The position numbers and the translations under genes are program-made. The notes under the pieces are model-generated. The model had not been told where the DNA came from, did no database searches, and saw only the letters and a list, made by a program, of their open reading frames with translations. A stretch of DNA of 64,000 bases, taken from Candidatus Shapirobacteria bacterium GW2011_GWF2_37_20 (GTDB lineage: Bacteria > Patescibacteriota > Microgenomatia > UBA12405). Position 1 is the first letter of the stretch; every line of letters starts with the position of its first letter. This document shows positions 1 through 9,735 of the stretch, one piece after another. The stretch spans positions 2,448 to 66,447 of the forward strand of contig LBTB01000006.1 in assembly GCA_000989305.1 (NCBI GenBank), in the 5' to 3' direction.

Positions 1-754
1 CCTTTTCGTCCACAATACCAATTCGGTCACCATCAGCGTCAAATGTGAAACCAATGTCGGCACCTGCCTCAACAACCTCGGAGGCTAATCTCTTGGCAAC
101 AATTGATTCAGTTGGATCAGGAGTACCTAAGGGAAAGGACCCGTCAATATTACAATGTTTTTCGATTACTTCAAATCCGGCTTGTTTAAATAAAGCTGGA
201 GCCATGATGCCGGCTGTAGTGTGACTGGGATCAATTAATATTTTTAATTTTGAACGATTGGGTAATCTAGTTAATATGTCTTTAAAATAATCCTGCGTAA
301 TATCTTTATTCTCGACAGTACCAACTGTGTCCGTTTCAAAATAATTTTCTGTTTCAATAATTTGGAGAACCTCTTGAATACCATCAGAAACAAGGGTTTC
401 TGAAAAATCGGCGGCTAATTTAAATCCGTTATATTCTGCTGGATTATGTGAAGCGGTAATAAAGGCCCCACCTTTAATATTTAGAAAATACTGTGACCAA
501 TAAAAAGTACCGACCATGGTTAGTCCAATATCTACGACTTTGACTCCAACAGAGCTTATACCTTTGATAAAGGCGCTGCTGTACTCCTTCGAAGTTAGGC
601 GACAATCACGACCAACGACGGCCTGTGATATCCCCTTGTTTTGAAGATATGTACCATGAGCTTTACCAATATGTTCGACAATTTCCGGAGTTAAATCTGT
701 ACCGGCAATACCACGAATGTCATAACCACGAAAAATTTGTTTGTTAACAATCAT
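1..754 (-). CDS. phosphoglucomutase/phosphomannomutase (alpha-D-phosphohexomutase), N-terminal part; the gene runs off the window start
   Basis: Reverse-strand translation from ATG (rc of 752-754) gives MIVNKQIFRGYDIRGIAG...FITASHNPAEYNGFKL... with the TASHNP active-site serine loop of phosphohexomutases. It is not in the ORF track because it is truncated by the window edge. Confidence 0.7.
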   Translation of the reverse strand, partial: MIVNKQIFRGYDIRGIAGTDLTPEIVEHIGKAHGTYLQNKGISQAVVGRDCRLTSKEYSSAFIKGISSVGVKVVDIGLTMVGTFYWSQYFLNIKGGAFITASHNPAEYNGFKLAADFSETLVSDGIQEVLQIIETENYFETDTVGTVENKDITQDYFKDILTRLPNRSKLKILIDPSHTTAGIMAPALFKQAGFEVIEKHCNIDGSFPLGTPDPTESIVAKRLASEVVEAGADIGFTFDADGDRIGIVDEK

Positions 755-823
755 AAAAATTACTTTTTAATGATTAACTGTATTCCAAGATAACATATTA
801 AGCTTTTTTGGTAAAATAGCCTC

Positions 824-1162
824 ATGGGTCAAATATCATACGATGATTTTGCAAAAGTGGAATTTAGAATTGGGGAAATTGTGGAGGCAAAAAATGTTGA
901 AGAATCAGATAAATTGATTAAGATGATAGTTGATTTTGGTGAAGAATTAGGACAAAAGATAGTCTATTCGGGAATTAGACACTGGTATTCCCCTACCGAT
1001 TTATTAAACAAAAAAACTATTTTTGTTGTAAATATTATCCCAAAAAAAATTATGGGGGAAGAAAGTGGCGCGATGATATTTGCGGCTGAAGATGAGGCCA
1101 ACGACAAGCTGTCAATTTTGGAGATAGAAAAAGATTTACCCTCAGGCACGAAAGTATTTTAA
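824..1162 (+). CDS. tRNA-binding domain protein (CsaA/Trbp111/MetRS C-terminal-like OB fold)
   Basis: 112-aa product whose N-terminus (DFAKVEFRIGEIVEAK...VDFGEE) is typical of EMAP/CsaA-type tRNA-binding domains. It lies directly upstream of argS. Confidence 0.65.
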   Translation: MGQISYDDFAKVEFRIGEIVEAKNVEESDKLIKMIVDFGEELGQKIVYSGIRHWYSPTDLLNKKTIFVVNIIPKKIMGEESGAMIFAAEDEANDKLSILEIEKDLPSGTKVF

Positions 1163-1181
1163 ATATCTGCTAAAATTAGGC

Positions 1182-2762
1182 ATGATTAAAAAGGATTTGG
1201 AAAAGTGGTTAAATGAGAACAAGATTGAGGAAAAGGTTGAACATCCTTCGATAACCAAGTTTGGTGATTATGCGATTAGAACAGGTAAAGCGGTAGAAAA
1301 TTTAACTAAAAATGATATTGTGGAAAAAACCGAATTTATGGCTGGGTTTACCAATATTTGGCTGAATAAAAGCATTTTGATTGAGGAAACTGAAAAAATC
1401 GGGACAGAAGAATGGAGTAAAAATCTAAAAGAGAATGGAATTGGCAAAACGATGGTAATTGATTACAGTGCACCCAATATTGCAAAACCCTTTGGAATCG
1501 GACATTTAAGATCGACAAATATTGGACAGGCAATTTATAATATCTATCAAATTTTGGGTTGGAAATGCATTGGCGATAATCATTTAGGTGATTGGGGAAC
1601 TCAATTTGGAAAATTAATCGTGGCTATAAAAAAGTGGGGTGAAAAAGCAGTAGAAGAAATGACCATCGAAGACTTGGAAAATCTCTACGTCAAATTTCAC
1701 TCAGAGGCAGAAAAGGACGAAAAACTAGATGATGAAGCGAGGGAATGGTTTTCGAAGTTAGAAAATAAGGATTTGGAAGCGACTGAAATGTGGCAAAAGT
1801 GTATTGATATTTCCATAAAAGAGTTTGATAAAATTTACGGATTGTTGGGGGTAAGAATTGATTATGCGTTGGGAGAATCATTTTATTTAGACAAGATGGA
1901 CGCGGTTGTTAAATTAATGGAGGATAAAAACATTATTAGGGAAAGCGAAGGGGCAAAGATCATCGAATTCAAGACCATGCCACCAGCAATGGCGATTAAA
2001 TCAAACGGGACAACCACTTATTTTCTAAGAGACATGGCAACAGTGAAATATAGAATGGAAACATGGAATCCGGATTTGATTATCTACGAGATTGGAGCAG
2101 ACCAAGAATTACACTGTCGCCAGGTGTTTGAAACATCAAAAATGCTTGGATGGACGCCACAATTTTATAACGTAGCTCATGGAATGATTAGATGGAAAGA
2201 TGGTAAATTTTCAACAAGAAAAGGACAAACAATTCACTTATCAGAAGTAATTGATAAGGCAATGGAGGAGGCAAAAAAGATAGCTCCGGATAATGATGAG
2301 AAGAAAATAAAAGCAGTGGCAATTGGAGCGATAAAATTTAATGATTTAAATCAGGATCCAAAAAAAGATATTATTTTTGACTGGGAAAAAGTGATGTCGA
2401 TGGAGGGAAATTCCGGCCCTTATTTGCAATATACTTATGCCCGATGTCAAAGCGTATTAAGTAAAAGTCAAAAAAATGCAGGAATTAGTGGTGAGACTAA
2501 GTTGGAATTAGAAGAAGAAAACCTATTACGAGAATTCTATAAATTTGAGGAAAAAATTATTGAAGCGGCTGAGAGATTTAGTCCGGCAGTGGTAGCAGAA
2601 TATTTAATAAATCTTGCCAGAAAATATAATGAGTTTTATGCAAAATTCCGGGTAATCGGTGAGGAAGCAGAGGAACAAAGACTCTTTTTAACCGAAAGAA
2701 CGGCAAGTATACTGAAGCTGGGGTTGACTCTTTTGGGGATAGAAACAATGGAAAAGATGTAA
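1182..2762 (+). CDS. argS: arginine--tRNA ligase
   Basis: 526 aa. SAPNIAKPFGIGHLRSTNIGQA matches the class I HIGH region of ArgS, and the C-terminal DALR anticodon-binding region ends in a terminal Met as in ArgS. Confidence 0.9.
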   Translation: MIKKDLEKWLNENKIEEKVEHPSITKFGDYAIRTGKAVENLTKNDIVEKTEFMAGFTNIWLNKSILIEETEKIGTEEWSKNLKENGIGKTMVIDYSAPNIAKPFGIGHLRSTNIGQAIYNIYQILGWKCIGDNHLGDWGTQFGKLIVAIKKWGEKAVEEMTIEDLENLYVKFHSEAEKDEKLDDEAREWFSKLENKDLEATEMWQKCIDISIKEFDKIYGLLGVRIDYALGESFYLDKMDAVVKLMEDKNIIRESEGAKIIEFKTMPPAMAIKSNGTTTYFLRDMATVKYRMETWNPDLIIYEIGADQELHCRQVFETSKMLGWTPQFYNVAHGMIRWKDGKFSTRKGQTIHLSEVIDKAMEEAKKIAPDNDEKKIKAVAIGAIKFNDLNQDPKKDIIFDWEKVMSMEGNSGPYLQYTYARCQSVLSKSQKNAGISGETKLELEEENLLREFYKFEEKIIEAAERFSPAVVAEYLINLARKYNEFYAKFRVIGEEAEEQRLFLTERTASILKLGLTLLGIETMEKM

Positions 2763-2820
2763 GTGATATAATAAACATTATTATTATATAGTTATATAAA
2801 TAATTATTAACAAAAAAGAA

Positions 2821-3222
2821 ATGAGTGTAGAAAAATATGATGATATGCCAAGAGCTTTGAAAACAAAAGCCAATAAGTCTGAGAGAGTAAAAACTAGTCT
2901 TAATATTCAGACATTAAATTATTACGGAATAATTGATTTATTTGATGAATTTAAGGAACAGATGCTTCCAGAACATGGTGACGTTAAGGTTGAACATGAA
3001 AATGATTGGTCAGCTGTTACTATTGGATGGGATTTTAAAACACATGATGGAGCTGAAGGGCCATACACGGTTGGAAGGGGTATTTTTGCGACAGTAGAAG
3101 ATGAAGATGTTCTTATTTCTTATTCCGGCCTAGACAGTCAACTTTACATGGTATCCCAAAGTAATATACATGATCTGATACGCGATGGGATAAAAAGAGC
3201 CCAATTACCAGAATCGATATAA
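2821..3222 (+). CDS. hypothetical protein (133 aa, acidic, no recognisable domain)
   Basis: Clean ORF preceded by a 58-nt extremely AT-rich spacer (2763-2820). It converges on lon with a 5-nt gap. I recognise no motifs. Confidence 0.4.
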   Translation: MSVEKYDDMPRALKTKANKSERVKTSLNIQTLNYYGIIDLFDEFKEQMLPEHGDVKVEHENDWSAVTIGWDFKTHDGAEGPYTVGRGIFATVEDEDVLISYSGLDSQLYMVSQSNIHDLIRDGIKRAQLPESI

Positions 3223-3227
3223 TTTAA

Positions 3228-5576
3228 CTATCTAAAAATCTTTTTATAGATTTCGGAATAGTGGGAAACGGGAATAAATTTGATGTCTTTTTTTACTTCC
3301 TTGGGAATATCAACCAGAGACTTTTGATTGTCTTTGGGGATAAAAATAGTTTTCAAGCCAGCGCGATGGGCGGCAATTGATTTTTCCTTTAACCCGCCAA
3401 TTTCTAAAATATTTCCTCGAAGAGTAATTTCCCCGGTCATACCAATATCATGAGAGACCGCATGGCCTGTAAGAGCTGAGACCAGGGCCGTGGTAATAGC
3501 GCCACCGGCACTGGGACCGTCTTTGGGAGTGGCACCCTCGGGAACATGAATATGAATGTCAATTTTATGGAAATTTTGTTTAATCCCCCACTTTAGGGAT
3601 TGAGAACGAACAAAGGAGAGAGCGGCCTGACATGATTCTTTCATGACTGAACCCAATTTTCCGGTCAAAATTAACTGGCCTTTTCCCGGCATTATATTGA
3701 CTTCAATAAAAAGAATATCGCCACCGACGGAAGTCCAGGCTAAACCGGTAGAAACGCCAACTTCATCTTTTTTACCCTTAAGTTGGGAAGTAAATTTTTC
3801 AGGTCCTAAAAATTTTTGCAAAAGCTTTTTATTATTGACGTCAACTTTTTTAGTTTTTCCTGAAACGATTTTTTTGGCTGATTTTCTGTAAATTGAAGCA
3901 ATAACTCTTTCTAAGTTTCTGACACCAGCTTCCCGGGTATATTTATCAATAAGATAAAGGAGAGTCGAATCATTAAACTTGCTAACCTGAGTAACTTTGA
4001 GGCCGTTTGATTTTAATTCTTTGGCAGTCAAATATTTTTGAGCAATATGAAATTTTTCATCCTGAGTGTAACCAGGAAAAGTAATTACCTCTAAGCGATC
4101 ACGAAGGGCGTAAGGAATCGAGAAAAAATCATTACCAGTAAGAATGAAAAAGACTTTGGAGAGATCGAGAGGAAAATCAAGATAATGATCGGTAAAGTTA
4201 TTGTTTTGTTCAGGATCAAGAGCTTCAAGAAGAGCGGCGGAAGGATCACCACGATAATCAGAACCAATTTTGTCAACTTCGTCGAGCATAAAAACAGGAT
4301 TCATGGAGTTGGCATCTTTAATTCCATTGACGATACGTCCAGACATAGCTCCGACATAAGTACGTCGATGACCTCTAATTTCAGCTTCATCACGAATGCC
4401 TCCGAGGGATGCCCGAACAAATTTTCTTCCCATAGCATTGGCAATAGATTTACCTAAAGAAGTTTTTCCAACACCCGGAGGACCAATAAAACAAAGGATG
4501 TTGGTGGTTTTGGTGTCAGCATCTTTTTGCTGATTTTTTAGTTTTATAACAGCCAGATATTCCAGGATTCTTTCTTTGATTTCTTTAAGACCATAATGGT
4601 CTTTGTTTAACATGTTTTCGGCTTTCTTTAGGGATATATCTGAATTGTCATATTTCCCCCAGGGAAGCTCGATAATACTTTCAAGATAAGTTCGAATGTA
4701 GCTGGCTTCCGGGGCCATGGAACCCATTTCAATCATACGGTTATATTCTTTGAGAAGCTTTTTTTTGATAAGTGTCGGTATTTGAGCCTTTTTTAGCTTC
4801 TTTTCCAGCTCGTCAGTTTCTGCTCCGGAACTTTTACCCATCTTTTTTAGTTCCTGTTCAATTTGATGTTTACGTTCTTCTAAGATATTGCGCTTCATGG
4901 CGCTATTAAATTTTTCCTGAGTTTTTTCTTCAATACTTCTTTCTAAGTCAGCAACTTTCATTTCTCGAATTAATAGCTCGGTGGCATGTTTTAGGCGTTT
5001 TGAAACTAGAAGGGTTTGCAATAATTGTTGTTTTTCAGAAATTTTGGTATTAACGGCAAAAGAAACCTGGTCGGCTAAATCAGAGGAAGAAACTCCGGTA
5101 CTAAGCTGCATCATGGCCGGAAGATCAAATTGGCGGCCAAGAGCAAAAGCCTTTTTTAATTGAGACAAAATGGCCTCGGCGGCCTGTTGGACATCAGTTA
5201 CAGGTTCATCAATAATGGGTAGTTCTTCGTATTCGGCTAAAATATGGGGTTCAGTTTGAATAAAATTGACAATGCTAATTCGGGAAAGCCCCTTGACAAT
5301 GGCGTGCATGGAGCCGTCCGTTTGCAAAACATGTTCGATTCTGGCAATAACACCAATATTATAGATATCGTTTATGCCCGGTTTTTCAGTACTGGAGCTT
5401 TTTTGAGCAGTAATAATAACCAGTCGATCATATTTATCATAAGCCTCAAGTAATGAGTTGCTTGATTCTTTTCTCCCGAAAAATAGGGAAGTTTCGACCG
5501 AAGGAAATAAAACTACGTTACGTAAAGGGATAAGGGGAAGAATCTTTTTAGTTTTGGTCGGTATGGTATCTGACAT
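3228..5576 (-). CDS. lon: ATP-dependent Lon protease
   Basis: 782 aa. Lon N-domain, AAA+ Walker A GPPGVGKTS and the proteolytic serine motif PKDGPSAG near the C-terminus. Confidence 0.95.
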   Translation of the reverse strand: MSDTIPTKTKKILPLIPLRNVVLFPSVETSLFFGRKESSNSLLEAYDKYDRLVIITAQKSSSTEKPGINDIYNIGVIARIEHVLQTDGSMHAIVKGLSRISIVNFIQTEPHILAEYEELPIIDEPVTDVQQAAEAILSQLKKAFALGRQFDLPAMMQLSTGVSSSDLADQVSFAVNTKISEKQQLLQTLLVSKRLKHATELLIREMKVADLERSIEEKTQEKFNSAMKRNILEERKHQIEQELKKMGKSSGAETDELEKKLKKAQIPTLIKKKLLKEYNRMIEMGSMAPEASYIRTYLESIIELPWGKYDNSDISLKKAENMLNKDHYGLKEIKERILEYLAVIKLKNQQKDADTKTTNILCFIGPPGVGKTSLGKSIANAMGRKFVRASLGGIRDEAEIRGHRRTYVGAMSGRIVNGIKDANSMNPVFMLDEVDKIGSDYRGDPSAALLEALDPEQNNNFTDHYLDFPLDLSKVFFILTGNDFFSIPYALRDRLEVITFPGYTQDEKFHIAQKYLTAKELKSNGLKVTQVSKFNDSTLLYLIDKYTREAGVRNLERVIASIYRKSAKKIVSGKTKKVDVNNKKLLQKFLGPEKFTSQLKGKKDEVGVSTGLAWTSVGGDILFIEVNIMPGKGQLILTGKLGSVMKESCQAALSFVRSQSLKWGIKQNFHKIDIHIHVPEGATPKDGPSAGGAITTALVSALTGHAVSHDIGMTGEITLRGNILEIGGLKEKSIAAHRAGLKTIFIPKDNQKSLVDIPKEVKKDIKFIPVSHYSEIYKKIFR

Positions 5577-5678
5577 GATTAGCAGTCTATCACTTTTACT
5601 GCTAAGAGTAAAGAGGAAAAAGTGAGGAAATTTTTTTTATTAACGGAAAAGTTTGGTGTTTTAGGGTAAAATATAGCC

Positions 5679-6587
5679 ATGAAAGATGTGATTACTAAAA
5701 AATATGGAATGGTGGTAATTTTGGGTAGACCAAATACCGGCAAGTCTACCTTACTCAACGCCATCATGCAACAGAAGGTGGCCATTACTTCCCCATTGCC
5801 TCAAACTACCAGAAAAAATATTTTGGCGGTGTTTGAAGATGAAAGGGGGAAGATTTTATTTACCGACACTCCGGGTGTATTAGGAAAAGTAAGCGACTTG
5901 ATGGGGAAAAAAGTGAATCAGGAAGCACCTAAAACCCTGAATAAGGCTCAGTTAGTTATCTGTGTGGTGGATATTTCCAGACCTAAAAGTGAAGAGGAAA
6001 ATAAAGTTATCGGGTTAATCAGAAAAGTGGATGTAAAAAAGATCTTGATTTATAACAAAATTGACAAGGCTATTGGAAGTAAAGACCATTTAGCTGATTA
6101 CAATTATTTGGAAGAAGAATTTGATAAAACCCTGTCAATTTCGGCTTTAAAAGAGAAAAATGTTAAAGGAGTAATTAACGCCGTTTTTGAAATGCTGCCG
6201 GAGAAGAATAATAAAGAAATAGAAGCTGAAATTGGCGCCCGACAAGAAGAAAATAAGCCAGTAATCGGAATGGGGTCAAAAGAATATGTTGAAGAAATTA
6301 TTAGGGAAAAGGCTTATTTATTTTTGAGAGAAGAAGTGCCCTATACCATTTTTGTGGGAGTAGACAAAATAGACGATAAGAAAAAACTAATTGTAATTTC
6401 AGCAACAATTTATACTAATGCCGATCGTTATAAAAAAATGATAATTGGTCGCGAGGGGCAAAAAATAAAAGAAATTGGCTATAATGCCAGAAAAGAATTG
6501 GAATTAATGTCGGGGCGAAAAATTTTCCTTGAATTAACTGTCAAAACCGATAAACATTGGATGGAGAGAGTCAACGAATTAGGTTGA
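5679..6587 (+). CDS. era: GTPase Era
   Basis: G1 GRPNTGKSTLLN, the QTTR motif and a C-terminal KH domain (IGREGQKIKEIG). Confidence 0.9.
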   Translation: MKDVITKKYGMVVILGRPNTGKSTLLNAIMQQKVAITSPLPQTTRKNILAVFEDERGKILFTDTPGVLGKVSDLMGKKVNQEAPKTLNKAQLVICVVDISRPKSEEENKVIGLIRKVDVKKILIYNKIDKAIGSKDHLADYNYLEEEFDKTLSISALKEKNVKGVINAVFEMLPEKNNKEIEAEIGARQEENKPVIGMGSKEYVEEIIREKAYLFLREEVPYTIFVGVDKIDDKKKLIVISATIYTNADRYKKMIIGREGQKIKEIGYNARKELELMSGRKIFLELTVKTDKHWMERVNELG

Positions 6588-6636
6588 CAGTGCAAGCTAA
6601 TTAATTTAAACTGAATTAGTTATAATTTTTAAAAAT

Positions 6637-7065
6637 ATGGGAAAACAAACAGGAAAATTCTTTTTAGCCAGTATTATTGGTGCAGCTGCCGGAGTCATAG
6701 GTGGCTTATTATTGGCCCCACAAAGCGGAAAGAAGACCAGACAAGAAATTAAAGCTTTAGCCGAGGAACTGACTTTAAAAGTAAAAACAAAGGCCGATGA
6801 TACCAAAAATCAAGTTAAAGATGTCTTTGGTAAATACACAGAAGAAGGAAAAGCAAAATATTTAGAAATAAAAGACGCGGTGGTGGAAAAAGTAGCGGCA
6901 GTAAAAACAGCCGGAGTGGAAATTGACAAAGACAAATATGGAAAAGTGGTTGAAGACGTAGTGGCCGATTTCAAAAATGATTTGAAAGCGACTAAAAGCG
7001 GCAGTAGCAAAATAATTAGTTATCTGAAGAAAGACTGGGAAAAAATTAAAAAAGCCTTAGGTTAA
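6637..7065 (+). CDS. YtxH-like small membrane-anchored protein
   Basis: 142 aa. N-terminal GxxxG-rich hydrophobic segment followed by LLAPQSGKKTRQEIK, typical of the YtxH family, then a long charged helical tail. Confidence 0.5.
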   Translation: MGKQTGKFFLASIIGAAAGVIGGLLLAPQSGKKTRQEIKALAEELTLKVKTKADDTKNQVKDVFGKYTEEGKAKYLEIKDAVVEKVAAVKTAGVEIDKDKYGKVVEDVVADFKNDLKATKSGSSKIISYLKKDWEKIKKALG

Positions 7066-8007
7066 GCTTTTAGTTATTAAATCACTTAGTTTTTTTAGAC
7101 TCTCGGTGTCGACAATAGATACCGAGAGTTTTGCGTTAAGAGATTTTTGTAATTTTTTTACTTGAGCCGGTTCCAAAATATCTGATTTGGTAAGAATCAA
7201 GATCTCCGGTTTCTCGGCTAAAACTGAGGAGTAATTTTTTACTTCCTGGCGAACTATTTCATAATCAGCCTGGGGATCCTGAGATTCACAGGAAAGACAA
7301 TGAACTAAAATTTTGGTTCTTTCGATATGTTTTAGAAACTTAATTCCCAGACCCTTGCCATCACTGGCACCTTCGATAAGCCCCGGGATATCAGCAATGA
7401 TTTTGCCGCCTTTAGTAACACCTAAGTTTGGTTCAAGGGTAGTAAAAGCATAATTGGCAACCCGGGCATTGGCTGAAGTAAGTTCGTTTAATAAACTAGT
7501 TTTGCCGGCGTTGGGTAGACCCATTAAACCAATTTCAGCAATAAGTTTTAATTGAATAAAGACATTTCTGACAGCGGTTTTGTAGCCTTTTTGAGATTGA
7601 CGGGGAGTAATGTTGGTGGAGGAACGAAAATGATAATTACCCCAGCCACCATTGCCACCCTTGGCCATCAAAATTGTTTCTCCGACCTTGGAAAACTCAA
7701 CACTAGTGCCATTGTCGTAACGGACAATTGTACCTACTGGGACTTCAACAATCAGATCGCGGCCGTTTTTGCCGGTTTTTTGGTTAGGACCACCATTCTC
7801 TCCGGACTCGGCTTCTAGTTTTTTTAAATAGCGGAATTGGGAAAGGCGACTGATGTCAGAAACTGCTTTAAAATAAATAGCTCCACCATCACCACCCTTG
7901 CCACCGTCGGGCCCACCCTTAGGCCTAGAACCGTCGGAATAGAAATGGACGATACCATTTCCACCATTACCCGCTTGAATAGTAATATTGACTTCATCAA
8001 TTAACAT
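7057..8007 (-). CDS. obg: GTPase Obg (short form lacking the C-terminal OCT/TGS-like extension)
   Basis: Gly-rich Obg fold (GGNGGNG, GGDGG), the G domain, DIPGLIEGAS and GKTSLLN. At 316 aa it ends right after the G domain. Confidence 0.9.
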   Translation of the reverse strand: MLIDEVNITIQAGNGGNGIVHFYSDGSRPKGGPDGGKGGDGGAIYFKAVSDISRLSQFRYLKKLEAESGENGGPNQKTGKNGRDLIVEVPVGTIVRYDNGTSVEFSKVGETILMAKGGNGGWGNYHFRSSTNITPRQSQKGYKTAVRNVFIQLKLIAEIGLMGLPNAGKTSLLNELTSANARVANYAFTTLEPNLGVTKGGKIIADIPGLIEGASDGKGLGIKFLKHIERTKILVHCLSCESQDPQADYEIVRQEVKNYSSVLAEKPEILILTKSDILEPAQVKKLQKSLNAKLSVSIVDTESLKKLSDLITKSLT

Positions 8008-8020
8008 AATTGATTATACC

Positions 8021-9007
8021 TTAAATTCCAGTGATTAATTGGCCACAAGCAGAATTAATAGATTGACCAAAAGTTTGACGTAAAGAAAAATTTACATGGG
8101 CCTTTGTGAGTGCCTGAGTAAAAACTTTCATTTTCGAAGAAGGGAGGGAGCCGCCTTTTACCGGATTTAAGGGAATTAAATTTAGATAAAACAAATCATT
8201 ACTTTTTAATAGGGCGATTAGTTCGCTCAAATGAGAACTAGAATCATTAACATCTTTAATGAGAGCATATTCCAAAAATATCTGACGGCGGGTATGGGAA
8301 GTGTAATAGTTCAATGACTTTATTAGCTCGTCTAAGGGGTAGAGTTTAGCGATAGGCATAAGATCCTGTCGGGATAATTGGTTGGGGGCGTGGAGAGAGA
8401 TGGCTAAATTGATTTCCGTATCCAAAGAAGCAAAATCATAAATTCGGGGAACTATGCCGGCAGTTGAAATGGAAATTTTTCGGGAACCGATATTCAGATC
8501 TTCTTTGATAATTTTTAAGGCGGCCAATAGGTTATCCCAATTCAAAAATGGTTCGCCCATTCCCATAAAGACAATTCGTCCAACATATTTGGGGGAAATT
8601 TTACTATTCCAATAGATAATTTGATCAACTATTTCAGCCGCAGTTAAGTTACGCTTGAAACCCATTTTACCAGTAGCGCAAAATTTACAGTTTAGAGGAC
8701 AACCAACCTGGGAGCTAACACAGGCGGTAATCCATTGATCATATTCCATTATTACCGATTCAATAGCCAGACCGTCGCTTAGTTGAAGGGCGGCTTTTTG
8801 AGTGCCAGTCCCCGTCTGAAGATTGATTTCTGAAACAGATAAAAGAGGAAACTTATCTTGGAGAAATGTGCGTAAATCTTTTGGTAAATCAGTCATTTCC
8901 AAAAATGATTGAAAGCGCCCTGAATAATAGTTTTTTTTAATTTGGCGATGACGAAACGAAGGTAAATTCAGGGAATTGAGATAGTTGTCAACAGCAATAA
9001 TGTCCAC
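8021..9007 (-). CDS. rlmN: 23S rRNA/tRNA adenine C2-methyltransferase RlmN (radical SAM)
   Basis: CPLNCKFCATG radical-SAM cysteine triad, MGMGEP and the C-terminal conserved Cys (NSACGQL). Confidence 0.85.
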   Translation of the reverse strand: MDIIAVDNYLNSLNLPSFRHRQIKKNYYSGRFQSFLEMTDLPKDLRTFLQDKFPLLSVSEINLQTGTGTQKAALQLSDGLAIESVIMEYDQWITACVSSQVGCPLNCKFCATGKMGFKRNLTAAEIVDQIIYWNSKISPKYVGRIVFMGMGEPFLNWDNLLAALKIIKEDLNIGSRKISISTAGIVPRIYDFASLDTEINLAISLHAPNQLSRQDLMPIAKLYPLDELIKSLNYYTSHTRRQIFLEYALIKDVNDSSSHLSELIALLKSNDLFYLNLIPLNPVKGGSLPSSKMKVFTQALTKAHVNFSLRQTFGQSINSACGQLITGI

Positions 9008-9010
9008 GCT

Positions 9011-9331
9011 CTATTTTAGCGCGTTTAAATAGTCCTGTTTTTGATGAAAGCCAATAAGGCTATCTTTAAGCTCAGCCTTTTCAAAAACTAAAACGGTAGG
9101 AATTGAAGAAACGTTGTATTTACCAGCTAAATCTTGATTTTCATCAACATTAATTTTAACGACTTTAACTTTATCTTTTAGTTCGTCTCCGATTTCATCA
9201 ATGATTGGACCCAACATTTGACAAGGACCACACCAGGGAGCCCAGAAATCAACGAGAACTTTAATTTCAGAATCTAAAACTTCTTGTTGAAAATTATTTT
9301 GATCAACGATTAGGTGCATATTATTAGTCAC
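9011..9331 (-). CDS. trxA: thioredoxin
   Basis: 106 aa with the WCGPC active site. Confidence 0.9.
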   Translation of the reverse strand: MTNNMHLIVDQNNFQQEVLDSEIKVLVDFWAPWCGPCQMLGPIIDEIGDELKDKVKVVKINVDENQDLAGKYNVSSIPTVLVFEKAELKDSLIGFHQKQDYLNALK

Positions 9332-9725
9332 TTTTTTTAACTAGTTTGGCAGTGTAAACAATGGTTCGCAAAACTCCATCAGAACCTTCAATCTGATTTA
9401 TGCCCGAAAGGGTGACATATTGGGCTAAATAATCGGAGAGGGCAACACGAAGTTCTTTAACCTGAGCCTGATAATCCTTGATTTTCTCAACCAGAGCGGC
9501 TGACTCAGAACTTTTTAGAACTTTTTGTTTGGCAATCATTTTTAGTTTAGCGGACTTACTGGCTTCAGTGGCCAGGTCGCGATATTCCTGATCGTTGTCC
9601 AAAATGGCGTCGAGCATGCTTTTGTGAGTTCGAAGCTCTTTGCTAAGGGTATCAAGACGTTGATCGTGACTCTTTATCAGAGACTCAATACTTAAAAGGT
9701 TTCTGGCGGCATCGGAATCGGTCAT
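9324..9725 (-). CDS. hypothetical coiled-coil protein
   Basis: All-helical charged sequence. The track start at 9779 overlaps dus. I place the start at the internal ATG (MTDSD..., rc of 9723-9725), which leaves a 10-nt gap to the dus stop. Confidence 0.4.
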   Translation of the reverse strand: MTDSDAARNLLSIESLIKSHDQRLDTLSKELRTHKSMLDAILDNDQEYRDLATEASKSAKLKMIAKQKVLKSSESAALVEKIKDYQAQVKELRVALSDYLAQYVTLSGINQIEGSDGVLRTIVYTAKLVKKSD

Positions 9726-9735
9726 ATCGTTTAAT

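Noticed and set aside
964-1149. Many short (60-140 aa) ORFs in the track that lie antisense to or inside well-supported genes (for example 964-1149, 1348-1533, 3643-3891, 4091-4276, 4185-4457, 7552-7818, 17226-17504, 25394-25609, 30051-30422, 31662-31988, 47331-47753, 54754-55002, 55786-56121)
   Set aside because: Each is wholly embedded in a longer ORF with clear family signatures on the other strand or frame. Their translations are low-complexity with no motifs, so I treat them as typical shadow ORFs of AT-rich DNA.
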